From Botryllus schlosseri (taxonomy: Eukaryota): a DNA stretch of 64,000 bases. The position numbers and the translations under genes are program-made. The stretch is taken from NCBI GenBank assembly GCA_051294905.1, contig CM119378.1, forward strand, positions 3,784,001-3,848,000, read 5' to 3'. The notes under the pieces are model-generated. The model saw only the letters and a list, made by a program, of their open reading frames with translations. It ran no database searches and was not told the DNA's origin. Positions 22,086 through 35,000 of the stretch are shown here, one piece after another (the stretch's first letter is position 1; each line of letters begins with the position of its first letter).

Positions 22086-25000
22086 AAAAAGTCATTTTCA
22101 CTCCAACCTAAATTTTGCACTTTTGCGCAGCGATTTAGTCGGCGCCCGTTACTTGACGACTTGAGTCACATTGAATCCACATTGCTAAAATTCCTCGTCC
22201 AAGTCAAGTCAGCTTTGCAAAGTGATTCAAATCAAGCATTGCTAAAAAGTTGGCTCTAGTCGTACCAACACCGGTGGAGTCAACTTGGGACAGTTACGAG
22301 CATGCCATATATCGTACAAAATAGACAATTATATCATGCAAGCTTTGACTTGTTACAAATTTGTACAAATGCCTCCTGCATCTGCAAACCTTTTAAGCAA
22401 CAACAATCTAAATTGATAATGCTGATTATGTTGAGCTTTGACCGTGACGAGTGCATGAAGACGAACTCGATCAGTGGACGCTGATATACTATTCACTCAC
22501 GTGTCTTCGGTCATGAACTGCTGGAGATTTTTAGAGAAAGGCATTGATGTTAAAACAAAAATGGGAGAGAGACGGAGAGCTGTTGGCGAATAACTGAGCA
22601 AAAGCATGCATTCACATATATTAATCATTACCGGCTCAGCGAAAAGATCCAACACTTGGCGTCAATTGCTATACAATATTCTATTAGCTATTGCAAGAGC
22701 ATATATGTAGACTAGGCCTATGTGTCGTACTTTCGTAGACCTATTACATAGGTCGTGGTGCAAAAATTATAAAGTCAGAGGTGTGCGACTGGGCGTGTTG
22801 CCTATCTATATTCGCTGCGTTTTTGTTGCTATGATTATACAGACTCACAATGTTTATGATGGAATATATCTATCTGAGTCGTGATTTGAAAATATGAGAA
22901 ACGTGGGATTTTGAAAATTAACAAACGAATTAATAATCGGAATATTAGAGATGACTGGATTGAACAATTCACATACAAAGTCTATTTTTTTCATATCCAA
23001 ATCTAAGTCAATATTCGGTATTCTTTCAATTATGCAATTACGTAATGTTACCATATTTTGAGAGTCGGAAAAGAGGACACTTTTTACAAATCACAAAAGT
23101 TACAATATTGGACGAGCAAATGGGTGATTTGAATCAGCTCTAACGTAAATTGGACTGCGGTTGACCTTTTTTTCAGTCATACATGCCGTCGTAATCCAGT
23201 ATGTTCGCGTCATTTATGGTGTTTGTAGTTGTGCCTGTACAATCTGTATCCGTCCTCGGAGGACATTTTCGAGATAGCGTAGTGGTGACGATAAGCACCT
23301 GCCGTCAGGTCGGACCTGGTTCGATCCCGCGAAGGAGGTTATCCTGGTCTTCTCTTCTTCCGCGTCGCTGTTCTTACGGCGACAAAATGACCATATGACA
23401 GCGCGCACTTAGGAATGGAAAGAGCCGCGGAATAGAGACAAAAATCGAAGAAAGAACTGTGACATCGGGCACTAGGCCGAGGTGGACGCCAGTTTAAGAG
23501 TCTATGCAACGGGTCGTTTGGCATCCTCCTATCAACACACTACATCGCATTGTACATTATGTGTGTCTTGTCCACGTAAAACTGTAATCTGACGATTATC
23601 TTATCTTCTCGGAAAAGGAGCACAAATCCCCCTAGAGGAGGACGTATGGTAATCGTAAGTTACGCCTTCTCATAGAATAGGGTTTCCATACGTCCGGAAT
23701 TTCACTGAGAGAACTGCGTCCGGGAGGAAATTCTAAAATATCCCTATATGTTCGGAATTTTGAAGGCTTGAAGTAGCGGCTCAAAGGTTTTTCGTAAATC
23801 AACATAAACAATATTATTTTCTAGCATATTTATTCTATTCGAAATTTTTCTTCGCGCTGGGCGCGAGTTATGCAACGTATATTGATATTAGTATGGACAC
23901 AAGGCACCGCCCTCGCCAAAAATGCAATCAAAAGTAAATATAAATAACCATCATTTACTGAAATGAGTGTAATTGTAATCGCAATTACAAGCTAACGGTA
24001 TATTCCTAGAGTTGGTTAAGGCCGCGATTGGATGCTTCAATCACGGACAAATGGTTCCAAATCTTGGGGTCGTTTGCCTTTATATGGAGATCGCGATGAT
24101 GTTTGACGTAATTAACTTCCTAGGCCGTAAGAAAGTTTGGGCAAGCTGAAATTATTTAGCAATCAGCTTATCAAGTTAAGAGCGGGGCCACGAAACGTTT
24201 TCAAGTTGGAAATGCGGTCACGACCATAGAAGGTTGGAAATCACCGGATGTGCAACCTGATGGTGGATTTTATAGTAGCCTAATATAGGCCTAAGGAAGA
24301 ATCAATATTAATGACAGATTTCATTCGTAAAATTTAACAACCAGATGCACATAGTAAGTGTTCAAGAAGTTTCATCGATTACCCTATGGTGGGCTCAAGA
24401 TCAGTGCTTTTTTGGGCTGAAAAAATGTTGTTTCGGACCTGCTAAAACACACAACCAGATAGCCGCACCGACCTAACAGTAGGCCTATAGCAGGGCTGGC
24501 AAACACAATCCCGACAGGCCAGACACGGCCCGCCAGACGATTTCATCCGGCCCGTGAAGAAATCTATTGCAGGCCCAAGCAAGTAGCAATCACCAGAGCA
24601 CACGTTACAGATGGCCCAATTCATGACCTACGTTCCACTATAGAGGATGTACAGTAGGGCTCTTCAAAAATGACTTTTTTTCTCAAATCGTACTGGCTAC
24701 TTGATAAAATTGTTAGGTTACCTAATTTAAGCCTACACACAAAATTTTGTACAATTCCAGCCAGTAACCGCTTTGCTACAGGAGAAGAAAGTTTCTATTT
24801 ACTATATCAAAATGAATGATAAAAAATTTGAAAAGTTTCTGTTCACCTAATGAAAGTGTTACGCTGTCTATATAAAAACCATGCTCACCAAATTTGGTTC
24901 AATTCCAACCAGTGGAAGCGGAGTTATTGCCGCCGAAAAATTTGGATTTGAATAAAATAGTATTTACGGTGACCGATTCTTTGTTTATTTATTATAGTTG

Positions 25001-25631
25001 TGCTCACCGTAAATACTTGTTTTTTTTTGGGAAACCCAGCACGTACGCAGCATTTGGATGATTCTATGATAGGGTTAACATATTTTTGGCTGTGATGAGA
25101 AATCACTTTAATGATATTCATAAAAGCGATGATAACACGAGCCTTTTCGGGAACGAAAGAATTTTGTAGCCAAATATAACATCCTAACGTTAAGAAATTA
25201 TTGCATGCACGAGTGACCACGCGGCGATCGAAGAGATACTGGTACGTACTGACTCATCACACATCATCGATCCCTGGAGATTAATTTGCCAATTCTGAAC
25301 AATCGAACTCGCACCGTTCTGAAGTACTCCAAAATCCCCATCAACACAAAGTTTCTGATCACTCTTTTCGACAGATTGTCATATTCTACCAATAGCAACA
25401 CCACGAGCTATTTTCGCGGTAGCCCGCTTACACCTCACATGGATTGCCAATCACATTATTGACTGCAAACGTTGTTGCCGCAGGAAGAAAATACACGGTT
25501 CAACTTGATCTTTTATTACCACAAAGCCACGCTGAAAACACTTCGCCAAAAACAGTTAGACACTGTAGCTAGTGGAGACTGAAAACCCAGGTGCAAGATA
25601 ATTCATAGAGTGGACATTCGCCAGATTTCAT

Positions 25632-25998
25632 CAGGGTTGTAACCAAGTCACAAGTCAATTTTTCTTTTATAGGTTTCAGTCAATCATTTTCAATTCATCA
25701 CCAAGTAAAGTCAGGGAGCAGTGGGTCGAGTCTCATTCGTAGCGTTCATTTATTAAGATCAGGAAGATTTCAACTCACTTCTGTATAACGTTCGAGTGAC
25801 ATCGAAGGCCACACATAATACACTCAATTTCTCGCCGTCAGCATGTTTATTCAAACAGGTAAAATAGAGTTTGCGAGTCCATTCTTCAAGTACCGGTCAT
25901 GACACGCGAGATTTGAATGTCTCGAGTCGTGCGTACACGATTACACTCAATTCGAGTCAGGTCATCTACAAGAAAATGATTTGAGTCATTACAACCCG
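25632..25998. mobile_element. Short decayed copy of the CAGGGTTGTAA hAT family, just 3' of the UTP20 stop
   Basis: CAGGGTTGTAACCAAGTCAC ... GAGTCATTACAACCC, the same termini as 41954-44019. Confidence 0.7.
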
Positions 25999-26098
25999 CA
26001 CACTTTACCAGTGGTGAAAAAAGACTCCGCAGCCCCATAATTCAAAGTCGACATCGCAAGATTTCGTGATCAATGACGAAGTAAAGAAAATTCAACTA

Positions 26099-29000
26099 TC
26101 ATTCGCCGCCAGCCCCTTTCGCCTTCTTGCTCCGTTTATAATCGTAATCTGGTCTGAAGTGTCCGATCTTCCTTTTCCGCCTCTCTTTTTTCACCTGCTG
26201 CTTGCGTCTCTTCAGCACCGCCACCCGTTCGGGGTTGGTGACGGCCGCCACGTCCCTCATCCTTTTCCGTTCCCGCCTGCCGGCGAGCACCTTTTTTCTC
26301 GTCTCGTTGTAACTCTGGCTGAAGACGACCGGTCCAAGCCTGCCCTTGACCACCTCCATCACTTCGGCGGCTAACGTCTTCAAGGCGATTGCGTTCTCGT
26401 CATCGTCAACTGCAAACAATTGTCAATTCGTTCAACAGGTTTCAAGACTCGTGACTAGGACCGCGCGAAATCGAGTGCCTCGAGGATTCGGTTCTGAACC
26501 GAGCATCACTCATTATGACGCCACAACAGTATGAACGACATGGAAAGTTTAAATATGTACCTTTTTCACGCGACCACAAAGAAATTAACGTATGTTCGAC
26601 ATCACATTAAATTTTTTTTTCGACTATATATAGGGTTACCATGAGTCCTCTTGAATCAATAAATTGAAAGTGTCCTAAATGTCCTCTTTTTTGGGAATTC
26701 GTCCTTGTCTTCTAGGCAAAATTATAAATGATATCAAAAACTTGACCTCGAGGCAGGAAACGTCAGTTCCATAAATAATCGGGCAAAACGGACGGCGAGA
26801 CGAAGTGATGACCTTTTTTTTAATAACTACGATACTATTGGTCGAAAACTTTTTAAATTAACCATTTTCTTTTCAGATATAACAGCTTTCAGAGTCTTTA
26901 CAGAGTGTCCTCATTTTCAGATTTTGAAATACGGTAACCCTATACCTAAAGAGTATAAATATATCATCACACTTTGCGACAAAGCATGGGTTGATCACGG
27001 CTTCGCAGGCATGTCCGTTTGGTATGTTGCGACTCGACCAATCGAAATTTCAAGGCTTTAACAGTGGAAGATAGTATCAAAACATAATGCCTGTTATCCG
27101 TCACATTAAAGATACTTTGGTGTTTTTTCGACCATAGTGATTTCATTGCACTTCTTCACAATCTTGTGGGATGATCATGTCTTTGGAAATGTGATATTTC
27201 CCATAACGTTCGTAGTCTTGTACTATGTCTCGTATGCTGCGACACGGTCAATCCAGGTTTCAAGGCTTCCTCAGTGGAAAATAGTATCAAAACTATAATT
27301 CTCGTTAGTAAATTAACTTTCAGTTGCGAGGAGTGTATATAATTTCACTACCCGAATCATTGTGCCCAGCCCCACTCATTACTCGACTCGAATCAAAGAG
27401 TTTATCCTCGAATCGTGATGATTCCAACTGATTTCCTTCAGACAAAAACCTTTTTATGATCGTGGCCCTATTTCCGATTCGTAAATGTTCTGCGACCCAC
27501 CACTAAATTGGCAAGAGATTACAAAAAAAAAGGAAGGCAAGCACCTTTGCGGCCCCACAACTAAGGTAAACGACCGCCAGGTTGAAAACCGCAAATATTT
27601 CAGTGCAAAGTAACCCGGTTGTGATTTAAGCTCCAACATCCCTAAATCAAAGCTGGTGTAAGGACAATGCGGCTTTTCAAAAATAACTTTTTTTCGACAT
27701 TTATTGGCTACTTGATAAGATTGTTAGGTTGGCTAAAAAGCGTTGCACAACCAATTTGGGTTAATATAAACTTGTGGAAGAATGATAGGTACTATCATTG
27801 TTAATTATACAATTACATGCCATAATTACTATTTTCGAATATTCGACTCCAATAACTTTTTTCCTTTACGTGTTGGAATTGAGCCAAATTTGTTTTTCGG
27901 CAACCGAACAGCGTCATGATGAGGTATCAGTTAAATTGAAAAGAGAAAAAACATTTGAAGTCTCTAATAATAAATCCAAAATTTCTCACTCTTATAGCTA
28001 CACTCCTACAGGTAGGAATCTAGCCAAATTTGATGTGCAGGTTTTTTTGTCTGCCAACCTAACAATTTCAACAACTAGCCAGTAATACTTGTTTGATCAA
28101 CGCTTAAGGACAATCGTACAAGTCGACGTCAGCGCCCAGAAAACTTACCAATATTTCTCTCCGTCTCTCTGTAAATCAGATCCATGATGACAGGCAAATA
28201 CCGTTGCACGTCAATGCTGATAGTCAAAGCCGCGAATACTTTCAGCACGGCTGCTCTCCGACACGTTTCCTTGGTATTGTCAGCGGCTTCTTGCTTAGAC
28301 GCTTTCAGCAGCTTAAACAGTATTGAATAAACTGGGGAGCTCACTCTTTTCGCTGGCAGCGTCAACCCATCGTCATCAATATCATCCTGGCAATCGCCGA
28401 CTTCGGCTGAATCATGCAAAGCTCTCGCGACGAAAATGAGATTCTTGACGCATTGCTCGGAAAGTTTCGGGTCCAGTACTTCCGATTTTATCTGCGCGCA
28501 AAAGCGATCGCCGAGAAACTCCAATTTTTGAGCGAATTCCTCGAAATAGCAATCTTCCGCGTTCAGCAGGGTATTCTTGTCGTTCGAGTCCAGCGCCGAG
28601 AACACCGTGCCAAACACTTGGCACGAGACAATTCTGACCCAAACGTGCGGGTGAAGGATGCAGGCCTCGACGCACAGCAACATCTCGCTGACTACTCCTT
28701 CCCGCGCCGAGTCTCGAACGAGATCGCAGCATTTCAGAACGGAATGGAACGCAGAGATTTGATGAAATATGTAATGGTCGCTGTTAGATACAGTGTCTGT
28801 AAAAGAAATGTTACGTAAACGTGCATATATAACATCACAATTTTTAAATTAAATGGTTGTATCTGAATCAAGAGAATCTCTAAAAGATGTGCATTGTGCA
28901 GACACTGTTTACAACAGTGGTTCCCAACCTTTTTCGACTCATCGCCCCCTTTTGAAGCTCCACACCGATCATCGCCCCCCAAATAGTGGGAACCGAAAAA

Positions 29001-32000
29001 CAGCACTTCGTCAGCACTAAAAGACGCACATGATTTCAAATTGGTTTTTCTTGACTGGCAAATAATTTTTTCCTTGCGGGATGGCATTTGTCATGTAGGG
29101 TTAAGGTCACCAGGACAGGAACATTCGACGTCAGCCATTGAGGCGCCTATGGACAATTAAACATATATGTATATATATCCAAGTTCTCGGTCTTCTCACT
29201 GCTGATCGTTCTGGCACACTTCTCGGAGTCGCATGTTACATGGCCTCTACCTTCATAATGGCCGACGCCGAAGTCTACCATTTGCATAAATCATGCGTAT
29301 TTTTGTTGGGTGACGGGGACCCCAAGATCAAGATACATGAAAATATTAAATCGCACACATGTTAATTCACGAAATAATTTTGGGCTCCCTTCGATTTCTG
29401 GCCCCCACCCCCAATTGGGGGGTTTGGGATGCGGTAGTTACGGCCCCTACTCCAATATAGCCATTTTAACGGGCCATCGCCCCGCTATCGCCCCCTTCGT
29501 TGTCTTCGCCCCCTATCGCCCAATTCGTCTGTTTTCGACCCCCCTAGACAGCCAAATCGCCCACGTTGGGAACCACTGGTTTACAATAACTTTCCAGACA
29601 GTAAAATTAAAGAGTTTTGAATTTCTGTCAACATTATTGCATCAGATTATCCAGAATCATCAAGATCATCTGCAAACAACTGCAAGACAGGAAATACAGC
29701 TACAGTTAGGAGGAAATTAGGGGGCCGACGCTTTTCAACTGATACGGGAACGGTATAATGTAATTCGAGAAAATTTGGCCTACTCCAAACAGCTAGTTAT
29801 GAATTGTTGCTATTAAATTATCAATTTTGTGATACGATTGCTTACGTACAATGTGCTTTTCAATTCTCTACTAGTTGCTGACGATTACCCCTGTTGAGTG
29901 TCAGCCCAAAATATTCGGGTTCATTTCAATATGAATATACCATTCAACAATGTAGTATTCCATTTTGGATCTTATAATGGTTTTATAAGGAATTAATTGT
30001 TACAGAAAAATGAAACCACACTCTTTTACAACGAATTTATAATAATATCACCCAAAACTTTCTTTTTATCATCGACAACTTGACAAGCAACTGAATACTA
30101 GATTCTTATGATCGTAACTCGTAACACATCTTTGCTACTTGAAATAAATAAATATTCACACCTGAACTCGCATCGGTATTTTCGACTGCATTCTTGAGAG
30201 CATTCAGCATAAGAGGCAGCAGCTTTGCAAGAAAACGGATGAAATTTGTGCCTTCCGCATCGGTGAACACCGTGACGAGGACGGCGCCGAGTTGTATGTG
30301 CAGAAGACGCTTCTCATCTGCGTACCTGAAATAAGGCAAAGACATGCAATCCAGTATTATACGGTGTGGAACAGGGGTGTCAAACATACGGCATACATAC
30401 ATATTGTGTAATCCGGCATATTTACAAGTTGAGGTTTTTAGTAATAAATCCTCCGACGTAAATATCAAGTAATCCGTCAATACAGTTATGCCAAACATGT
30501 TCATGGGCCGCATTATAACCATATGTCGGCAGTGATGAGTTCTAACCCAAGTACCCATCAGGAACAAGTCGGTGACATTGCCATTACACATTTAGAGGGA
30601 AAAAAGTGCACACCGAGTACGGAGCTTTCAGGAAAAATGGGCCAAATAATTGTATTCGTAGAGACGGAAACGAGACTGCGAAACCGTTGCGAAATATTTG
30701 GAGCTACGCGAAGATTATAATTCATGTATCTTTGGTCACACTTCTGTTTACCTTACTGCGACCCAAAAGGCCCCAGTGCTGATCTCCAGTGAAAACTGAA
30801 TGATGAATTGGTCAGGTGATATAAAAAGAATGAGCAATTTTCCAACGGCCGCGTTTACAGTCTCTCATATTCCTCACCCCGAATACGTAGGGCCAACGAC
30901 CCATCAAGATTCAAACATGGGGAGTATAGAAATATGCCAACTTATCTATATCATCGCTAGAGACACTGTTTTTGTGATTTATATCTGTATTCAATCGACC
31001 AGTCATCGTATTTTTGCTAATTCTATTGTTTGCGAATAACGGTGTTGCTCGAATAGAGCCCACGTGATCCGTGATATAATATTATTTTGCATAGTGCTAA
31101 TAATAAAGCATTCCAATTGAAAGCAAATATATAGATTTGGAGGAAAGATATTGCAATCATTTGACTGGTCCGGCCGGCGAGCTATCAAAACTTTTGATTC
31201 CGGCCCGCCACCCCAGTCGAGTTTGTCACCCCTGGTGTAGAATAATATACAGCGTCCAGGAATAAAAATTAACAAATGAACAATTGAAGCCTAGAATGGT
31301 TCCAGGAGTCGACAATGATATGATGAACACTAAAGACTACCGTACTTAAATTACAGTGAGACGAGTTTCTCAGGCAAAACCACTTAAATTTCAGAATTCG
31401 TAGTGTAATCTCAGAGTTAGTGAAAGTTGACAAGGTACAATGCACCCTGGAATTTAAATCGACTAATGAAAGTATTTATTATATCCCTTCCAAATCTACT
31501 TTTGCAAACAACTTTAGTATTGTTCAACTTCATTTTCTACATCCACTCGAAGCACTTTCAAAACATCGGAAAAACCGCTACTTGCACTTAAAATCGAGTG
31601 GAAATTTACAGCATCACTTCCGCTGGTACTAGAGTACCAACCATGAATCTGACGGTCCTGATCAGATGACATGCAAAACATAAAAATTACCATTGCAGCA
31701 CCAAGTCAAACAACCGATCCACGTCCTCCGTCTCCAAATGATTCAGAAGCATCTTCAACACGTGCGCGCAGAGCTTCTTACACTTCACCGACTCCTCGTT
31801 GAGAAGCATGGCGGACAGCGGCACGAAAACGACCCCGCAGTTTTTCTTCACCATCGTTTTCGGCAGCGAGTCGACCAGCGACGTCAACATCTCCAGCGCC
31901 GACAACCGTCCCGATTCAAACTCAAACGTGAGCTGCCCCAACACAAACCGCAAATGTTTCTCCAGCTCTGGTCTGGTGATGGGGTAGTGGGTGATGTAAT

Positions 32001-35000
32001 ACAAGTACACTTGTCTCGCGTGGGCCACGGCGGACGCGTCATGGGACTGGATGGATATGCTTCGTATCTTATCGATGACATCGTTCATTTCGCCGCAAGT
32101 CAACCCTCTGGCTACAATCGATTGTATCAAGTTAAAAGCGTGACTCTGCCTTTCTCGGTCGTACAGTATTTCCTCCGCATATCCGAGCAGAACTTGCAGC
32201 TGAGTTTCCGATAACTTACCGCCAATTTCACTTTTGCAAACCACGCTCAACGCTTTATAAGTCACTAGTACGATGTCATTATGGGCGCTGCCTTGCGCGT
32301 TTTCACGCAGAATTTTGAACAAAGCACCGATGATATCGACGGCATTCCGAGATATACTCGGCAACTTCACTTTTAGCAACCTAGTCAAGCACCTAGTCGC
32401 CTCGGCGACAATCTTGTAATGCGCAGACACTAAACACTGCTGCAGTATCTCCACGAAAGGATCAAGCATACCGAGATGCACCTCGTCAGAGGTGCGGATG
32501 ACTTGTCTCTTCAACGCGCTGTTGAGGAACTGCAACGCAAACTCAATAATCAAATGCAAGTTTGTTTTTTGCGCCTTTTTAGTCTCCTTAACGCCGTATC
32601 GTTCCGGTTCCGCGTTTAAAAGCAGGCAAGATTCAGGACGCCGTCCCTTGCCGTTAATTTTCCCTTTCGAATTATCCTTGTTTTGTAATCCAGGCATATT
32701 TTCTGTCAGCAATCCGTGTAAGAAGATCATGATGTCATCAGCAGCCATCGCCGAATTCTCTTGCAATCCTTGATTGATTTCGGCGAGCACAGATTCTACA
32801 ATCCTTCTTTTAGCGTGATCGTGGGTACTGTCAAGTACAGCTTTCAACGGCGCTATCGCGTCTACGATGGATTCTTTCTGCGAAAACTTGGCGTAAACCC
32901 GGTAGATATTGTACGACCTGCTGCGGCCTCGAGCCTCTGGAATTTTCGACTTGATCTGTTCGACGCCGCGTTCCTCCTCGCCTTTCCCGAAAAGATCATC
33001 CTTCAAAATGCTTAAAAGAATCTTCTCAGATGACCCCAACGCGCCTACCTCGAGCGTCGGTTCGATTTTGGAGAGTATACTGTTCACCGTGTTTACCATC
33101 ACATGTTTTTGATAACCCCGCATCAACCCGTCTTTCAACTCTCTCAAAACTATCGGCAGATACCGCGGTTCGAGGATCTCCACGATCTCTACCATCACTT
33201 TGGCCGCGGCCGAACGCACTTCCTTGAAGCGATGTCGCAGAAACGCGACCATTTTCAATATTACGGTGGGCAGGTGTTTGTTCATGACTCTCGTCGGTAG
33301 TTTTTTAAGCAGCATCACCACCGCTATAGCGAGAGGCGCACGCGCCGAGCATGTATCGATGTCGGAGTAATTCTCAGAATCGGCCAGCTTGTGGGTGGTG
33401 TCAGCATCCAGCTTTGTAGACAAGCTTTTGCAAAGACGGGGCAGAATATCGCAAACGACCGCTGCATAAATTGCTGAAATTTCGTCGCAAATCTTTTCGC
33501 CGTCATTTTCCTCTGCAGCATCAACTTCCGAGTTTTCTGGCGGATTACTGTCGACATCCTGCTTCTGCTTTTTCCCTTTTTTCAACAAGTAACCGCCTTC
33601 CAACTGCGCGGCTTGCTCCGACGTGACGGAAGAAATATCGAAATGAAACGAATTCAATATCGAACACACCAGCTTCACACCGTGCGGCTGTCTCAACATC
33701 ATGGTGATATTGTACCGCAAAAACTTTACATAGGCGGCCCACGGCATGACCGACGCGCACGCGGACACCACTTTCAAACAGGAGTCGCGCAAATGCAAGT
33801 GTTTCGACAGATCTCGCCATTTCAGAGTCTGTGCTGCTAGAGGGAGCAGATACGTGTACGCTAACGAATGGGGAATCTGAGATTTCTCGTCGCAACCTTC
33901 CTCGCGGCGCGATATCACTTCCGCCAGCTTTCTAAAAGCGCGCGTGCGCCTGTGCAGTTGAATGTGTTGCACGTTCGTGAAAAAATCCGAATCCAAATCA
34001 CGATCGTTCGACAACACCAGTAGACACGAAAAAGTGCTGTCGACGGGCGTCATTTTCGCGACCTTCACCAGCAATCTCAACCATTCGTGACGCTGATTCT
34101 CGTCTTTACAATTCAACCCTCTTCTGAGCGCTGGCAGAATGGTGGCGGTGACCACGTTATCTCGCAAATTTGGATATTTCATTTCGTCGGCCTTGAATAT
34201 CAATTCCAAAATCAGTTCGATCGCCCGTGACGACATCTCTCTCAAAGACAGATCGTTACTGTGATTCGAGAGGGTGAAAATGCAGTTATGCACCAGCGGG
34301 AGCAGCCCGCGACATTCGTTAGCGAGCAATACAGCTGCTTCTTCACTCTCCAGAGTCCGTGCCAATTCTTGAAAACCAGTCAATCTCGAATCGTAATCCA
34401 GCTCTTCGATGAATCTTTTATCCCAAGTGTTAAGATCTGATACTATCATCAAAACTTTTCTCAAAACTGTGTCATCCTCACTGACGACCATACCGAAAGC
34501 TTTAGCAAACACGCTGCCCAGGGCAAGACGGCATTCTCTGCTTCTAACTCTCGAATACAACTTTGTGATAGGAAAGATGAAGTCATGCTTAAACGGCAAC
34601 GCATCTAACGCTTGTAACGCGGGTAATATCGATTTGTTTTCCGTGACAGCTCCGATCTCCCTTCCGGCACGCGCCATATTCGAAACATGACTGAGCAATA
34701 ACTCCACGAGCTCTTTTGACAGTCGATCGTCGTCAACGTGACGACCCAGAGAAATCAATATCTGCAGGTGGGTGTGGATCAGACCGGACGAGCTTTTTTG
34801 CTTCAGTTTGCGGATGAAATACTGTAAAATGTCTCCGATCTGATTCGCCATCAGTAATACGCCGATTTGGGACGTGTCAAGGGTTTCAGATTCGGCAACA
34901 CCGCAATCGATCGAAGATAGGGTCTGTAAAATGAGCTCGGACTCATGGTTGGCTTCTTTGTCGAGTTCATTTTGTAGAAGTCGCGTCAGTATTTGCAGGA

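Noticed and set aside
23269..23335. tRNA-like segment with A and B boxes (also the heads at 10670-10746 and 48255-48325)
   Set aside because: No convincing acceptor stem or cloverleaf and no terminator; best read as SINE heads, not tRNA genes.
23339..23524. Minus-strand PNDPLHRLL peptide as a LINE ORF2 end
   Set aside because: Too short and decayed to call.
30326..30591. N-terminal part of ORF 30106-30591
   Set aside because: Intronic and MITE-derived; only 30325-30162 fits the UTP20 splice phases.
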